Assembly: GCF_964355755.1 (NCBI RefSeq)
Contig: NC_092672.1
Span: 18,489,237-18,553,236 of the forward strand
Source: Antedon mediterranea
Lineage: Eukaryota > Animalia > Echinodermata
Direction: 5' to 3'
DNA length: 64,000 nucleotides
Of the stretch, positions 25,218 through 38,580 are shown piece after piece. The notes beneath the pieces are model-generated. The model did not search any database. It saw only the letters and a program-made list of their open reading frames with translations, and was not told the DNA's origin. How positions within the stretch are numbered: the first letter of the stretch is position 1; every line of letters starts with the position of its first letter. Position numbers and translations under genes: made by a program.

Positions 25218-26073
25218 AACTTTATATTAGCCTTTGACTCCATGCTTTGACATATATTAATTAGTTTGTGGTGTTATTTAGTGTTGCGGCTGTTCTTTTT
25301 TTGAAAATCCATAACAAAATATCAATTTTTAAGCACATTTTTTTTTATCATGTAGTATCCACTGTATCAGTCGTGTAAACAAGCGGTAAAGACAACGAAT
25401 TAGTATTCGTCGCCTCTGACCTAGTTTTACGTGTACTGGTTTGACATTGTTTCAGGCCTTTGCGTATGCAGTATCGCCCGCACTACCGGCGGTAAGACAA
25501 TCAAATCAGTACAGGTATACCCTTTTACCCCCGACAGAGTATACTGCAAATTTTCGTTTCTATTTATTCGCGACCTTTTATTTTCGCGATTTTATTTTTC
25601 TTGTGCTAAAGAGTGAATTTACCACATGCAAAAAAACGTAAAAGTTAACTTTTAGAACATGGAATCACTCAAACTATTGACCTAAGGTAGTCTGCTAGTC
25701 TGTCTAACATCCATCATGGACAGACCTTTGGTTGGTCTTGTCTAGGCCTAGGAAGATAGAATTTAGGCACGTACGATCGATCTAGCTAGTTTAGGGCAGG
25801 TCTCTAGGCCTAGTCAGGGTATCAGGAAAGACTGCTAGTTATGATATATTATGCTGTGTGTGCATTTTGTTGTATAGTTTAGAAGATTCCATTTTCATAA
25901 AGGATGGTCATAACATTATGGAAATTACAATACAGTAATGTAGGCCTGCTGTTCATATTAACTACCTAATATATATGGTAGGCCTACTTCCGTAGTAGTT
26001 TCCTAGCAGCAACATCCATGCCATTGTTTATATTCCCACGGTGTTGCTGATAGGCCTAATATAATATTTTTTA

Positions 26074-26635
26074 AGAGACATGATCCAACACAATGAACTA
26101 GGCCAACATGTAAACATAGAGACATGATCCAACACAATGAACTAGGCCAACATGTAAACATAGAGACATGATCTAACACAATGAACTAGGCCAACATGTA
26201 AACATAGAGACATGATCCAACACAATGAACTAGGCCAACATGTAAACATAGAGACATGATCCAACACAATGAACTAGGCCAACATGTAAACATAGAGACA
26301 TGATCCAACACAATGAACTAGGCCAACATGTAAACATAGAGACATGATCCAACACAATGAACTAGGCCAACATGTAAACATAGAGACATGATCCAACACA
26401 ATGAACTAGGCCAACATGTAAACATAGAGACATGATCCAACACAATGAACTAGGCCAACATGTAAACATAGAGACATGATCCAACACAATGAACTAGGCC
26501 AACATGTAAACATAGAGACATGATCCAACACAATGAACTAGGCCAACATGTAAACATAGAGACATGATCCAACACAATGAACTAGGCCAACATGTAAACA
26601 TAGAGACATGATCCAACACAATGAACTAGGCCAAC
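26074..26635. repeat. 44-bp minisatellite, ~12.8 copies
   Basis: Unit AGAGACATGATCCAACACAATGAACTAGGCCAACATGTAAACAT. Confidence 0.96.
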
Positions 26636-27331
26636 TAATAAAAATAATATACCAACAAAAAAGATAGTACAAAATTCATTCTAAATATAGTATCAGAACA
26701 TTCAGACGGTCGCTCAAAAAGACTGTCGACAGAAGATCGTAATTAATATAGACCTAGTTTTTTTGGTCACATGGCATGACACGCGATACTCTCTGTTTTA
26801 CCGCAAACCTCTTGCTTGTTTTTTTAATCGGTACAAGGGGTGGCTACTGTACAAAACAGTATTTAAGAAGATCATGTGCCTGGATTTTGTGTCACATGAC
26901 ATTAAAACTGTTCCCAAAATCCCACAACTTGCATGTTTTTCCCCTCCAAATTCTGGTCGGGCCTTTTTCTTTACACATGTCGTAATAATAATTTAGAAGG
27001 CCTATGTTAAATCTAACATGGAAAATATATTTATTTTGCATATATGTTGTTGGTGTCCTAGCCTGTTTTTATAATTCTCTAACCAAAGGTAGGATTAAAT
27101 CATTTATATAGTGTAGACCGCCGAAAATCTCTCTAAATAAACAAATACATTTTTATTTTATACGGGTTTCAATCACACAGACGTGTCTTCGCCGCGATTG
27201 GGTAGCTCATGAATATTCATAATAGATTGTTAATGAGGTTCTGCATTGGACAGACGCGTCTGATGGGTTCCAAGTTGCCAGACACGTCTTTGTGGTCTGA
27301 AATAATTTGTAGATGACGCCTAATTCTTTAC

Positions 27332-27426
27332 CTCTTTTTGAATATCAAATGTTTCTTCACATCTTTGGACAATGTATAATATCAGGTTTGGTATCTTGCA
27401 TACAGAACTACAAACAGTAACATCAA
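27332..27426 (-). CDS. TMCO6: TMCO6-like ARM protein exon
   Basis: ttttatag/TT...GAG/gtaaag; 95 nt, (V)DVTVCSSVCKIPNLILYIVQRCEETFDIQKE; phase 1/0. Confidence 0.8.
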
Positions 27427-27932
27427 CTATAAAACAAATCATACGTTTTAAATAGCATTTTTCAAAATTGCTTTGCATTGAACATTTAATTCTGTCTTAT
27501 ATATTTACATAGCACTAAAAGTACTGATATAACAATTGTTTCCCATTTCCATTTGGTTTTTATTTTATGACAGACTTAGACAAAAATGCGTTTAATCAAT
27601 TGTAATTGTTTTTATTTGATTTTTTTCCACAGGCCAAAAAAACTGTTGACCCCTTTGTGAAATTGGTGAATGCATTGTAGAGTCCCAAATTGTAAAATCA
27701 CAAAAAAAACATAAAAACAACAAAAACCTTTAAAATCACTGCAATTCGTAACATTTTTTTAACGGAATATGTTTTTTCAAAATTCATAACTTACAAATTG
27801 TTTTATAATTTTGCTAAAAAAAATTAAATATAAATTTATAAACAAAAATTAAAATATTTTTCCATAAGAATTGGACAAAGCATAAGCCCAATTAGTTTGT
27901 CACTATGATACAAACCATCCAATTTATAGTAC

Positions 27933-28101
27933 CTAATAGATTGCTAAGCAGCCACAAACTTTCTTTTCTGATATGCCTGTGTTGAGAGTTCACAAGAAAT
28001 GGAAAAATAGTAAGAATACATCCATTTTGCATCACCAACTTTATGTTTTTTGTAGGTCCACTGCATAGGTTACCAAGACAGCGGACAAGTGGTGTCAATG
28101 C
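27933..28101 (-). CDS. TMCO6: TMCO6-like ARM protein exon
   Basis: ttttgtag/GCA...G/gtacta; 169 nt, ALTPLVRCLGNLCSGPTKNIKLVMQNGCILTIFPFLVNSQHRHIRKESLWLLSNLL; ARM motifs PxxRCLxNL and ExLWLLxNL. Confidence 0.88.
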
Positions 28102-28642
28102 CTACAAAAGAAACAATACATTTACACATTTTACATTGCATTTATTCATTTGATAACATTTATTTACAAACTCTGACAACAAAGTACAATGCATATAAAA
28201 TAATGATAATAGGTCAGAAAATGAAGGCAGATGCCCAGAAAGATGAATAAGAAAATAATAATAATTAAAAAAATATAATTAAATAAATAAATAATATAAA
28301 TATATATATACAGATTTCCTCATCTTATTGTTTCAAATATATATAAATATATAAATATATATAAATCCAAAGGCAAATTACTGAAAAACTGACAATGCTG
28401 TGGGTACCAGTGGCTGGATCTCAATAGAGATACAAAAAAAAGTGAAAAGCTAAATCAAAACGATAAAGTAAAACAGCCAGAAAAATTAGCAGAGTGTTCA
28501 CCTGTCAATGTTACAGTATTTGCTACAACAGGTGAATAAACAAATCTAAATATTTTGAAAGCATCTAGACTTTATCTGCATCAACAATATGAGAAACAAT
28601 AAGGAAATTGAATTGGAAATAAAAAGTGTAGTTGTAAGTTAC

Positions 28643-28742
28643 CTGTATGTATTGCACTTAATCTGCCGAGGCTAGTAGGCAAGTCACACTAACAAGTTTA
28701 GGTATAGCATCATGTGATATCAAGAGTTCTTCAAATTCACCA
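28643..28742 (-). CDS. TMCO6: TMCO6-like ARM protein exon containing an in-frame TAA (28658-28660)
   Basis: attttag/T...CAG/gtaact; 100 nt, (S)GEFEELLISHDAIPKLVSVTCLLASAD*VQYIQ; phase 2/0 fits both neighbours. Confidence 0.72.
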
Positions 28743-30455
28743 CTAAAATACACAATATTTTTAAATGTTGGATATATTCTGTTTTATAATACACCTTAGT
28801 AGATTGTTGTGATTTGATTGTAGGAGTGTGGGTAAGATGATGTTAAATAAATGTTCTATTACACTCTCAATGATGTCATTGAAAGCATTGTCATTAATAT
28901 GCAAGTACTGCAATTTTGTTTATCTTTGTTACACAGTGAGCAACCACACATGCACAGAGGCTAGGCAGTTGACTGATCACTTTCGATCAGCCTGTAGTAT
29001 GCGCTGTCTATAATTGTTCTACTACTGTTCAAAATTGGAGTGCTGAATTTCCAAATGGTAGGTCTTGAATTAAAAAAGTAGGTGTAATGAATGATTATCT
29101 TGCAATTGAACATTTGGCAAAAAGTGAAAAACTTAACTATTATTTGTATCCTATATTTAATGATTTATTTTAGGAAGGAACAAAGGATGCATTTAAATGT
29201 TTTTAATGCATGTGTTTGGAATTGAATAATACCAAGCCAAATGACCATTACAATTCATGTCTCGAATAAAATCCCTATTAATTAATCAACACTATACGAA
29301 ATATGACTCAATCTGCCAAGTAGATTTAGCGATAGGAATAGAATAATTTTAATAATTAATTACAAAAACTGCAACATTTACAGGCTTTTTCAAGCAGTTC
29401 ATTGTCTTATAAATTGTTAGACACAAAGTGTGTTTCCCGAGGTAACAATGAACTTGCCAAATAGGTTCAGTAACTTTTCAATCATTACTATAATCCACCG
29501 TCTTTAGTGGCCAATAAATAGGAATATTTATGCAATGATTGAGTTGAGTTTTAGTTTGAAATTGAAATAGATTAAGCAATATTGAGATTTTCAAGCCAAA
29601 GTAGATAATCCAAATTGAATTGTTTTTGCAAAGAAATTAGGGGTGACATTATTATTCAAAAGCATGTAGTAATGCAACTGTTATGTGTATGCATTTAAAA
29701 ACAAAAAAAATGACATAGTGTACAGATGAACTACCCATTTAATTTAAAATAGTTAAATAGTCAGATGTTAAAACAACTTTATTCAAATTGAAGTACAGTA
29801 TGTTGCATGCTTGTGCTGTAAGCTTGTTTAAACCATTTAATTCTAGCTAATTACCGAATACTCAATAAATTTGAAATTAAAATGGATGTACGTCTCCAAA
29901 ACCACCCAAATTTACACTAAACCCGACATCTAAAGCTTTTTTCTTATCTTCTTTGAATATTTCATTTCCTAAAAACAAAATTTACCCAGTTCAAAACCGA
30001 ACAAAACATTCACATGGAGTGAATTGAACGGTCATATACTAATTTTATTTTTTTAATATTTGTAAATTCTATTTGTTTTAATTTAATTTTGTTTTGTCTG
30101 TTATATTTCATGTTATTGTCCGGTAAAATTGTTGTGAGGGTCCCTAATGACCAGCTGATCATGATTCGGCTCGTTGGACCACCCTTTTTAAATATTGTTG
30201 AAATAAATAAATACTAGGGCAACAAGCTATTCAATGAAAAAAATTAACCATTAACTGCTTTGTAGTTTTCAAATGTCGCAAAATGTTGATCAAGTTAATC
30301 CTAGTCAGGATAAATGTTTTGATTGCTGCTGTTACTACTATTGACTATACGTATAGTTGGGTAAGTGCTTTTGTTCACAATCATGCATAAAGTGATTGGC
30401 AATTGATGCAAACTATATGAAAATTGAAAGAGGAAGTTGTAGTAATTATGCAAAC

Positions 30456-30569
30456 CTTGCCATTGCATACATAAGAACCCATGCAATCTCTGCCAACACT
30501 GGTAAGTTGTCAAATTCAGAATTAACATGCTGTAATAGCAATGGTGCAATGCCTCCATTCATGAAAATA
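30456..30569 (-). CDS. TMCO6: TMCO6-like ARM protein exon
   Basis: ttttgcag/T...AG/gtttgc; 114 nt, (S)IFMNGGIAPLLLQHVNSEFDNLPVLAEIAWVLMYAMA; ExAWxLxY ARM motif; phase 2/2. Confidence 0.85.
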
Positions 30570-31369
30570 CTGCAAAACAAAAACCAAAAATTAATTAAAA
30601 ACTATTTTAGTTGCAAAAATGCATTCGCTACTATGTTGATAAACACTATAGATCTGTGTTTCTATCAAATTATGTATCTTAGCTTGATTTTTTTTTTAAA
30701 CTGTAGTTGATTGAAATTTTAGTTTAGTTATTGAAAATAAGTTTTAAAATGACTACTTCAATAAGCCTATTCCAAACCATTGGTGACCTTTGAGTCACTC
30801 AGGCAGGTTGAACGCATTTTTTGGTTGGCTAGCAACCACGAAGCGCCACCTACAGTCATGACGTCAGCACCGCAGAACTCTACACAGTAGTATATATTAA
30901 ATATAACAAATTGTGAGCCATGGTCAAATTGAAATAAAATTTGTACATAATAAAAAACATCAATTTTAAGCACCTGCGGACAAAAAGGAAGAACCCTGCA
31001 CTATACCGATCATGAGCGACTATAAAAAAAAAACATTTTTACTCGGGGTACCCAAGTCTAGGACTCGCTCATCTTCTCCTCCCATCTTGACACTATTGAA
31101 CCAAATTTCAAACCCTACTAGTTCTTTACGCGTCGTTTGACGGCTCTGAAACATGCATGCATATACTAGGGTAATAGGTGAACAAAGCTATAGAGAGAAA
31201 ATGTTCGTACTTCAACCGGATGCAGAATTATGACCTCATAAACATGGTACCAATCGCAAAAAGTGCGATTTATAAAGTACTACTCCTCCCTTATTTGTTG
31301 TAGTATTGAGCTGGGATTTGGCATGGGTATACTACAGGGTCGAAGATGGTACCTTGGTGCCAAACCATT

Positions 31370-31432
31370 TTTGTCATAATATAGCCGTGTTTTGTCATAA
31401 TATAGCCGTGTTGTCATAATATAGCCGTGTTT
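31370..31432. repeat. Three tandem ~20-bp repeats inside an unclassified interspersed element
   Basis: TTGTCATAATATAGCCGTG x3. Confidence 0.8.
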
Positions 31433-34030
31433 GGTGTCATTTCAAAGGTCTTGACTTGGAGAATAAGAAATATACAGTAACACCTATTTATGATATTGTG
31501 ACGTCACTTCTGCTCCCGGAATTAGCAAAAAATCACTTTTCCGGTTATGTGACGTAACTTTTTGGAATATAGCCGTATTTGGTAGCGAGGTTATTGATGT
31601 GTATGTGACGTTACATCCCGTCTTATGACGTCGTTACAGCTTCTTTTGCTGTACTCCGAGTATCGCACATTCGTGCTTGTTTTAGTTAGTATTCAATATC
31701 AACAGATTATTGGGAGTTCATTTTATTGGTATTATGGAGCAGGACAATGACTTATTGCAAGTCTGCAGAATGGTATGCACATTTTCGTTGCTGTGTAAAT
31801 AGGATAAGCTACATGATTTTCTGCTTACCATTGCCGCTTACCGTTATCTCTCATCTGTGTAAATTGGCCTTTATCCAAGTCATCTGGTGGGTCAAATATT
31901 AACATGCTTCTCAAATGATTATGTGCAATCCCTACACATAACCCCAATATATAAAACACTTTGATGTGATGATAAGTTGTGAATGTCGATGGATAGAGAG
32001 TCTCTTGGGTTTCAATAGGAAATGAAATAACTTTTTATAAGGGAAGAGATAATGCATTATAAATAGCCTTATATTGAAAAGTCACAGGTACTCTTAAAAT
32101 GCCATTAACTCTAAAGTACCGAGTATGGGAAATGATTAATTTTTATATCTTACTAGAGAATAATGTACAGTAGGCGTAACAACAATAAAGATATTTTCTA
32201 ATAATAATAACTATTATTCCAAAAAAATCATCAATGAGGACGCTGTTCGGCCAGAACAGTCATGTTTTGTGAAATAAAAATATTTTTTTAAGTAATTCAA
32301 TTTTCTCAACCAAATATTGATTTATCTTTTATAAATTCAATAATTTAGCATATTCTTTCCTGAGGTTTTGGGATTGATTTTTTGTGAGTTTAGGGTTGCT
32401 TTTTAGTTATGTCTGTTTCAGTATCAAATAAATAAGATTTTATTTTTAGTGTTACAGAACAAAAGAAAATATGAAACTTTGATTAAGTGCAAAAACATAG
32501 AAATAGCTAGCTACGCTAACCATTCATGTTTTTGCTAAATGCGATTAGAGTTGTCAATTTGCGGGAAAAAAAATTTGCGAAAATAATTTTTCCGTAAAAT
32601 CTAAAACTTCGTCCACTTTGGCTTCAAATATTAACATTTTATGTAAACCACAACGACTTCGCCGCCGTCGCCAGCCTATAATAAGTGACAGCGATGTAGC
32701 GTTACTTGCCATCAACAACGTTTTTTTCACGTCACTCGAATAAATTAAACAAGTTTTCCGTTAGGAGGCTTATTAATTGTACAGGCGAGTAGTTGTAAAT
32801 CGCGTTATCTGTAAATTTACACGCGCCCGACTAAGGAGAATTTTTTTTTATGAATAGATATGCGCAGTAATTGTAATTACAAACAAACAAACTGCGCATG
32901 TGTAGAGATAAAGTTATTGCGCAATAAGAAACATGCTGCATGGACATTCCGACGTCGTAATTCGTTTGTGGTGTGTTACGATGTTGTCGCGAGTGAATAA
33001 GAAGCATATAAAACACAAATAAAAACTATTTATTATTTTATATTGTTTGTGATAGAAAACTTTATCCAGGCAGGATGCATATGCTGATAATTCATAGAGG
33101 CCTGACGCCGATCATACATGACTCGGCTGTGGCATAGTCAACCATTGAATAGGCCTCCTATATAGGCTATGGTCGTGGCAACTTGTATTGCGTCAGGCCG
33201 GTGAGGCTGCAGTAGATAGGCCAATGCGGTCATGTTTTATTTTTATTTTAATCACAAATTTTGAATGAATAAATGTAAAAACAATACCAGACCACAACCT
33301 AATATATTTATTTTCAATTTTCCAAAAAAAAATCGGCGAAAGAAAATTTGAACTTAGCGTGAGCATAGGCTAGTATGAAATCCTTTGCGAAAACCCATTC
33401 TTCTGTAAACATGAAATACCATTCCATCTAATTTTCTGTAGAGGTTGCAACTGGGATAAGTAAATCTGGAGAAATTATGAAAACATTGCTAAACAATGGG
33501 CGCTATATAGTGAAGAAAACACATCCATTGGCCAGGCACTTTACAGAAGTGGGAAAGGTGGAAAATGTTGAGGAAATCTTTTTTTTTTTTAAACTAGAGG
33601 CTTTAATAAAATAACAATGTTTTAACAAGATGTTTTTTCCACTTATCGATTATTGAGAGGTAGGTCTGCAAATAAGAGATTGGTATGTTTAAAATGGAGA
33701 ACAAAACATCTACCACTTTATGCTATGCTGTAGATATGACATTACAAGCAAATGCAAAATATAAATCAATTAGGAGATTGCATAAGTTTACTAAATTTTG
33801 ACAAATTGCTCTTGGTATATATATATTTACTGGTTACTGGATGAATTCAAACAGATGTTGAGATACATCTTTGCATTTCAAGAACTGGTAGAATAAAGTT
33901 CTTTATGAATTTGTTCACAAATGTCAAGTGCATAATGCACCTGGTAATATAAATTATTGTACAATATATCAGTATATGCAATGTTTAACTTGATGATATA
34001 TTGATCCCATATTATGTAATTATAGTTTAC

Positions 34031-34107
34031 CTTATGTCTGCATCTGGTCCACTAATAAAGTTGGATATAGCAAAAGCTGCTGATTGGATGACCCGTGGAA
34101 TAGGCGA
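34031..34107 (-). CDS. TMCO6: TMCO6-like ARM protein, most 5' exon found in the window
   Basis: ttcttgcag/TCG...AG/gtaaac; 77 nt, SPIPRVIQSAAFAISNFISGPDADI; phase 0/2. Confidence 0.82.
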
Positions 34108-34129
34108 CTGCAAGAAAGAAAAACACATA

Positions 34130-35200
34130 CCGGTAGTTTGTTTGAATTTAAATAACTAGATGGTGGGCTCGCTTTGCTCGTGTACCATCTAGGTCGTGCC
34201 CACAGATGGTTCTCGAATACACAGTAATTTCAGCTAAAAGAATGGCAATTTCAAATGTATGTACCGCAGGACTATAATACATTGTCAATTACAGAAACAA
34301 ATAAATAGAAAAAATGATTTATGTAGTCAACTAAAATGAGCACCCTGAGAATGAGTGCGACTTCCAAAAGAGAAACTTGTCATGAAATTAGTCCAAATTT
34401 CAGACTCATTTAAACAAACCCAATTTGTGTTTTGTATGTAACATTAGGGTTAAAGGATGGGGAAGAGGACGGGTACAAAGAGGAACAATTTTTAAATATA
34501 TTCTTTATCCACTCGGTAACGAAATAGTTTGTTCATGTTTTATAGGCCTATAAATAATATACTACTTAATACAGTAACACAAACTGTCAAAATTGTGCGT
34601 TTATATATCTAACAGTAGGGCCTACCCACACTCACAGTAATAAGTTTATTTGTACATGTGTTTATATATCTAAAAGTACCAACACTTACACTTTTACAAT
34701 AAAAATGGCGACCAAAAAATGGTTAAAAATACGTATTTACAGTAATGTTCAAGTATTGCAATATCAAAATCAAAATGTTTTAGGTTAATTCCCCAAGGGC
34801 CCATAAATTTACCTACAGGAACTTGTGTTAAACCAAATAGTTATATTGAAATGTTACATTCATCGCAAATCAATACATTTATATAAACGTATATTAAATC
34901 TATCAAAATAGTATGTTTTTTTAATAAACATAATGCTGTACTCGAACTGTTCAACCGGTTTTCAGCTATTAAAAAAAAGTATCGTAGAATTGCGTGCGGG
35001 TATTTTTCAAGATGGACATCCATCATTGTATACCACGATTGGAAAACACCCCTATTTGGGGCAAATCATTGAATCTAAATTTGTTTTAATTGTCAATAAC
35101 TAATTATCTAACTCAATTTAATTAGTAAACAGCGTTACATCAGGTGGTTAAAATCAGCGCCACCTACCGTCGTGACGTCAGCACCGTGATACTCTATGGT
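34130..35200. mobile_element. Unclassified interspersed repeat with an inverted partial copy at 44345-44877
   Basis: 34455-35155 matches the reverse complement of 44345-44877. Its end motif GCGCCACCTAC.GTC.TGACGTCAGCACCG also occurs at 30843-30872. Confidence 0.7.
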
Positions 35201-36569
35201 ATTTATATTACTATCATGCTTTTTATGATTTTTCATAAATCCAATATGGTAATTTTAATTCAAATAGAACACCTACAGTAGATTAATATAGAGAGTATAA
35301 AGAAAAAAAAAAGGAAGAAGCGAAAACGTATTGTATAAAAATGGTTATTTCTACACTATTATTTTATTATTTAGTTGACAGGTAGTAGCAACTAGATAAT
35401 TGGATTCTCCTTGTCTGCCCCCTACTTGTCAACTCTTCTCAAAGATGACAGCTAGCATGCCAGTTCGACAACTTGTATAGTCAGAAATATAGGCTCTGTC
35501 ATCTCATGGGATCTAGTTCTTAGATTATACATCAAAAAATCTTGCCTGTTACCCCATGAGGCTAAAACATATTGCTTCTCCTGTGATTAAAGATGATTCA
35601 CAAAACAAAAAAATATATAAAATCGATGTGTGTCCTCCATGTGTCTACAACTAAAATGAAAACTTATGATTAAATAAAAGCAAATTAATGTTGCATTTAC
35701 TGGTAGTGCTTATCTTCCAATATGTTTATAATCACAGAAACATAGACAGCTGATTATTGGCAACTACTGTTTAATCAATTTAATATTGAATAAATTAGAT
35801 AAAATTGATGTACTTTAGAAAGAAAATGTATGTAGTCTACTCCAGTATTGGAATTATAACCATGAATAACACAGTATAGTCTACTGTAGTATTAAAAAAT
35901 CAAAAAAATCAATAAACAGTATTTAGTTTACTGCAGTATTTAAATCATGATAAATTTCAACATCTTGTATAACTTCTATTGTAGATAGTTTTTTTGCTTT
36001 TATTTTTCTTGTATTTTTTCCAAATCTGGACCTCTTGGGAGACCAGTACTTGTGTATTGAAAGAGCTATTCCAGAATAAAGAAAGATTTGTAATCAATAA
36101 AAGGTATCTAGTTTACTGCCAATAAGCAATAGTTAGTTTACTGCAGTATTAAAATCTAATTACTATGTGTCTCTTCAGGTAAATTTAATGACAATGGTTA
36201 TTATCAAAATGATAAAACAAATGCAGTAAATGCAGTGACATTGATTTGGATGTATTTTTGCAGGATTCTGATTCAGCTGCTATATTTAGTTGCATCTACA
36301 TGTCATGTTGAGGTTGGCAGACAATTAGTGAAATTTACAGCAAATTAACCTAGTTAAATGTTAAATTTGTAATGGTCAAATAATCAGTAATAATGAAAAT
36401 CTTCACTTTTTCTTAATTAATAATAATGTGTGTTACTTTCATTAGAAAACAATAATAATACTGATATATGTAATTTATGATATGGTATAAGACCAATGTG
36501 CTGATGGGAAGGCTATTGATTTCCAATGAATAACAATGTTAATTTTAATTGACTCTTTTAAATACTATA

Positions 36570-36770
36570 CTAAAAATGTGAAAAATAAGTTGATTTTAAT
36601 AATTTTAGCGGCCAACTATAAATCCCAACATGCATTGCACACAGATTGATATTTTTGTTTTTCTTCTGTAATTCACCCACTTTTCAATCGATGGTGTGGC
36701 CAAAACAAATGGAAGAGTCATTACTTTTTAGCAAAAATATCTGTTTTCCTCCAATTTGTATCAACCGAAC
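36570..36770 (+). mobile_element. Fragment of a TTAA-GG-ended (Kolobok-like) non-autonomous family, copy 1 of 3
   Basis: AAAAATAAGTTGATT...CTATAAATCCCAACATGCATTGC shared with 41717-41965 and 49544-49692. Confidence 0.6.
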
Positions 36771-38580
36771 GTCAGGCTATATGCCTATAGGTAGCGTACG
36801 ATGTTTGTACGTTACAAAAATAAGCCTACCTGGACTTGGCCTACAGACCGTCCACGAGAGGACATTCACGGTGAGCTACTTAGGTAGTGCATTCCTTCTC
36901 TCTTTTTATCATAATTTACCATAAAACATACATTTAAGACAAGGAATGACCTGGTTTAATGTTTTTAAAGTAATATATATGCATTATTTTACAAAACACT
37001 GTTGTGTATTGTGGTAAAATAATACATATGTCTTTAATTAAGTCGAAGTATACCTCCATGGTTGGGGTTTCATTTGTTTCACTCAAAGTACATTCTCATC
37101 TCATTTCTTGTAATCACTGAACATTTTAATATCAAAACCTGCAAAAATATCTTTAAAAAAATTAAAATTGATTTAATATACCCTCTTGTAAAGTGTATAC
37201 CTTTCATTTTATGAGTACTAAAGTAAATCATCACAAAGTCATGTGATCATGGTCATTGCATTTTAAAACCATAATCATGAGGGATTTGTTTAAATGGCAT
37301 ATATCATACAGGAGGTACTATGATAAATTCTAAGAAGGTCCCTTGTTTTAATTTCATATCCTAGACTGTGAATGTCAGGTCAGTAGAATCTACTATATGT
37401 TGCAGGTGGTGTTATAGGCCGATTTTTAACTAGTGGCATTCATAGCAGCAACAGAGCAAGAGAGCACTGGGAATACTTCTTTTTCTGTTTACTACGTAAG
37501 TATGTTCTTAACATTTAAGTTCATAGAGAAGTATTTCATTATTTATTGTATATTGCATATTACAGGCAAATGAGTCAGTTATGTTAAAATAGAAACTTAT
37601 TATAATTGATACAGTTTAGTACAGAGATTGTCAAGTCAGGATAAAATAAATGATTCTTCTTTTATGTTTCCTAGTGTACAAGGTGCAACAAGTGTCCACA
37701 TAAACATTTATTTTTGTATTCTTAACAACTTCCGTTTGAAGAATGACTTAAAGATTTAATTGTCAATACCAAACCCTACCCATAACTACTTCCTTCAATA
37801 TGCAAACATTGCAATGTTAATAAGGAGATACTACTGACGTCTAGATTTAAAACATACAATGTACCATTATTAATGAACATTTAAAAGACATTGCTTCTAA
37901 CTATATGGCATGTTTTATTATTGCATTGTTCACACAATTCAGAATCTATAGAATTATAAGGTTAGCATTAATATGCAGTATTTTAAAATTTACCTTTATC
38001 TCATACAGGGACAAAAATTCAATGGTAGAAATAATTGTATAAGGTTTTTACAAATCCCAATATTGTACTGTATATTGAAATCACATTCCCTTGGGTGAAT
38101 ATCAAGGGCTGTTCACACGTACAGCATAATATATAGATGGCTTAGAGTGATGTCCTTATGTGAAAAGTAGGCAATATTGTTAAACCCACTTATTACACAA
38201 CATTATTGGCATTAGTATACAAAACATGCATACCACTTTAGCTATCGCCAATTAGTTAAAAATAAATGTTGACCTTATTTTAAAAATGGTGAAAGCAAAG
38301 ATAACTAAACACCAGCTAAAATCAGAATGGGTTGAAATGGAAGAATTGAGCTTAGGAATTGGAATTCTTCACCACCCGGTGATATTAAGAGAGATTCTGG
38401 ACAATATGTGCAAAACACTGGGGCTCGTTTATATGACATTATAAAATGATTACACTGTGCCTTTAGCACCTTGGTGGAGAAGCGTGCATTAGATATTGTA
38501 TGGAGGTAGCGTTTGGGTCCTAGCAAGCTGTCATAAAGGCAAGCTAAAATCAATTTTTTTTTCATTACAGAAATTTCAGT

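Larger units (their letters stand above)
22094..27320. mobile_element. PIF/Harbinger-like non-autonomous element with TAA TSD, carrying a nested LINE and a 44-bp array
   Basis: 30-bp TIR GGCGTCATCTACAAATTATTTCAGACCACA at 22094 with its reverse complement ending at 27320; TAA on both sides (22091-22093, 27321-27323). Confidence 0.88.
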
